Below the pieces are notes generated by a model that was given only the letters and a program-made list of their open reading frames with translations, did no database searches and was not told where the DNA came from. DNA of 63,164 bases, the filler included, from Kipferlia bialata (lineage: Eukaryota), in NCBI GenBank assembly GCA_003568945.1. It is 5 parts of 5 records of this genome, joined end to end, with 100 filler letters (N's around TTAATTAATTAA, not from the genome) between each part and the next. Parts side by side here need not be neighbours in the genome. Positions count along the whole stretch, not along the records: positions 58,260 to 63,164 come from BDIP01000497.1; 4 more parts are not named here. One strand, 5' to 3'. Each line of letters begins with the position of its first letter. The first letter of the stretch is position 1. Both the position numbers and the translations under genes were made by a program. Shown here piece by piece: positions 62,872 through 63,164 of this stretch.

Positions 62872-63020
62872 GATTATACCTGGCTCCTCGTGTCCCCCGT
62901 CCAAGTATAACTCCCCATGCGGCACCCACTGCTGCCGGTCCAGATCAAAGCAAGAGAGGCGGAGGGACCTTGCACGACGGTCTTCACAAAGGATATATAC
63001 CCGACGCCCGATTCTGGTGT
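58920..63020 (-). CDS. Large kelch-type beta-propeller protein (propeller - helical region - second propeller); 5' truncated, possibly two genes
   Basis: Kelch-like blades IGRRVYILC...FDLDRQQW (~62900-63015), LFVLNGLLCLAGG (~62670), VKGRTAYIFGG (~62285), LYRVDIHTMQW, VAGKLILFG and IFDPDALNW (long exon ~59530-61079). Short GT-AG introns link the ORF pieces. Confidence 0.7.
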
Positions 63021-63164
63021 CAGGTCAGGAAGGGGGATGAGACATATCTGGCATAGCTAATATACCCGTAACAACAGATATATCCGAAGAAGGATGTGTG
63101 TGTAAGTGTGTTTGTATGTGTGTGTGTGTGGGGGGGGGGGGGGGGGGGTTAAAAATACCCAAAG

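Overview
Eukaryotic, very intron-rich genomic DNA using the standard genetic code. Short GT-AG introns end in CT(C/G/A)AC-CCC(C)AG, (TA)n/(GA)n microsatellites are abundant and proteins carry GEGERERE runs. This style resembles the fornicate protist Kipferlia bialata (inference only). The window is not one locus. Five assembly pieces are joined by artificial 100-nt N/TTAATTAATTAA linkers (18458, 36958, 46570, 58160), and several poly-C/G junctions also cut genes. Genes reconstructed by hand from splice sites: a protein with a Tc1/IS630-type DNA-binding HTH but no visible catalytic domain; a half aspartate aminotransferase; a calpain with an intact C-H-N triad and a duplicated C-terminal block; a protein with two copies of an unrecognised domain; a HerA/VirB4-like P-loop ATPase preceded by three winged-helix-like repeats; SRP receptor alpha; a NEK kinase; a DUF1295 membrane protein; a kelch protein; and several hypotheticals. 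The most striking unexplained structure is pervasive 'exon-edge echoes': introns contain 1-4 diverged copies of the adjacent exon end together with its splice site. Exon coordinates are manual and approximate.
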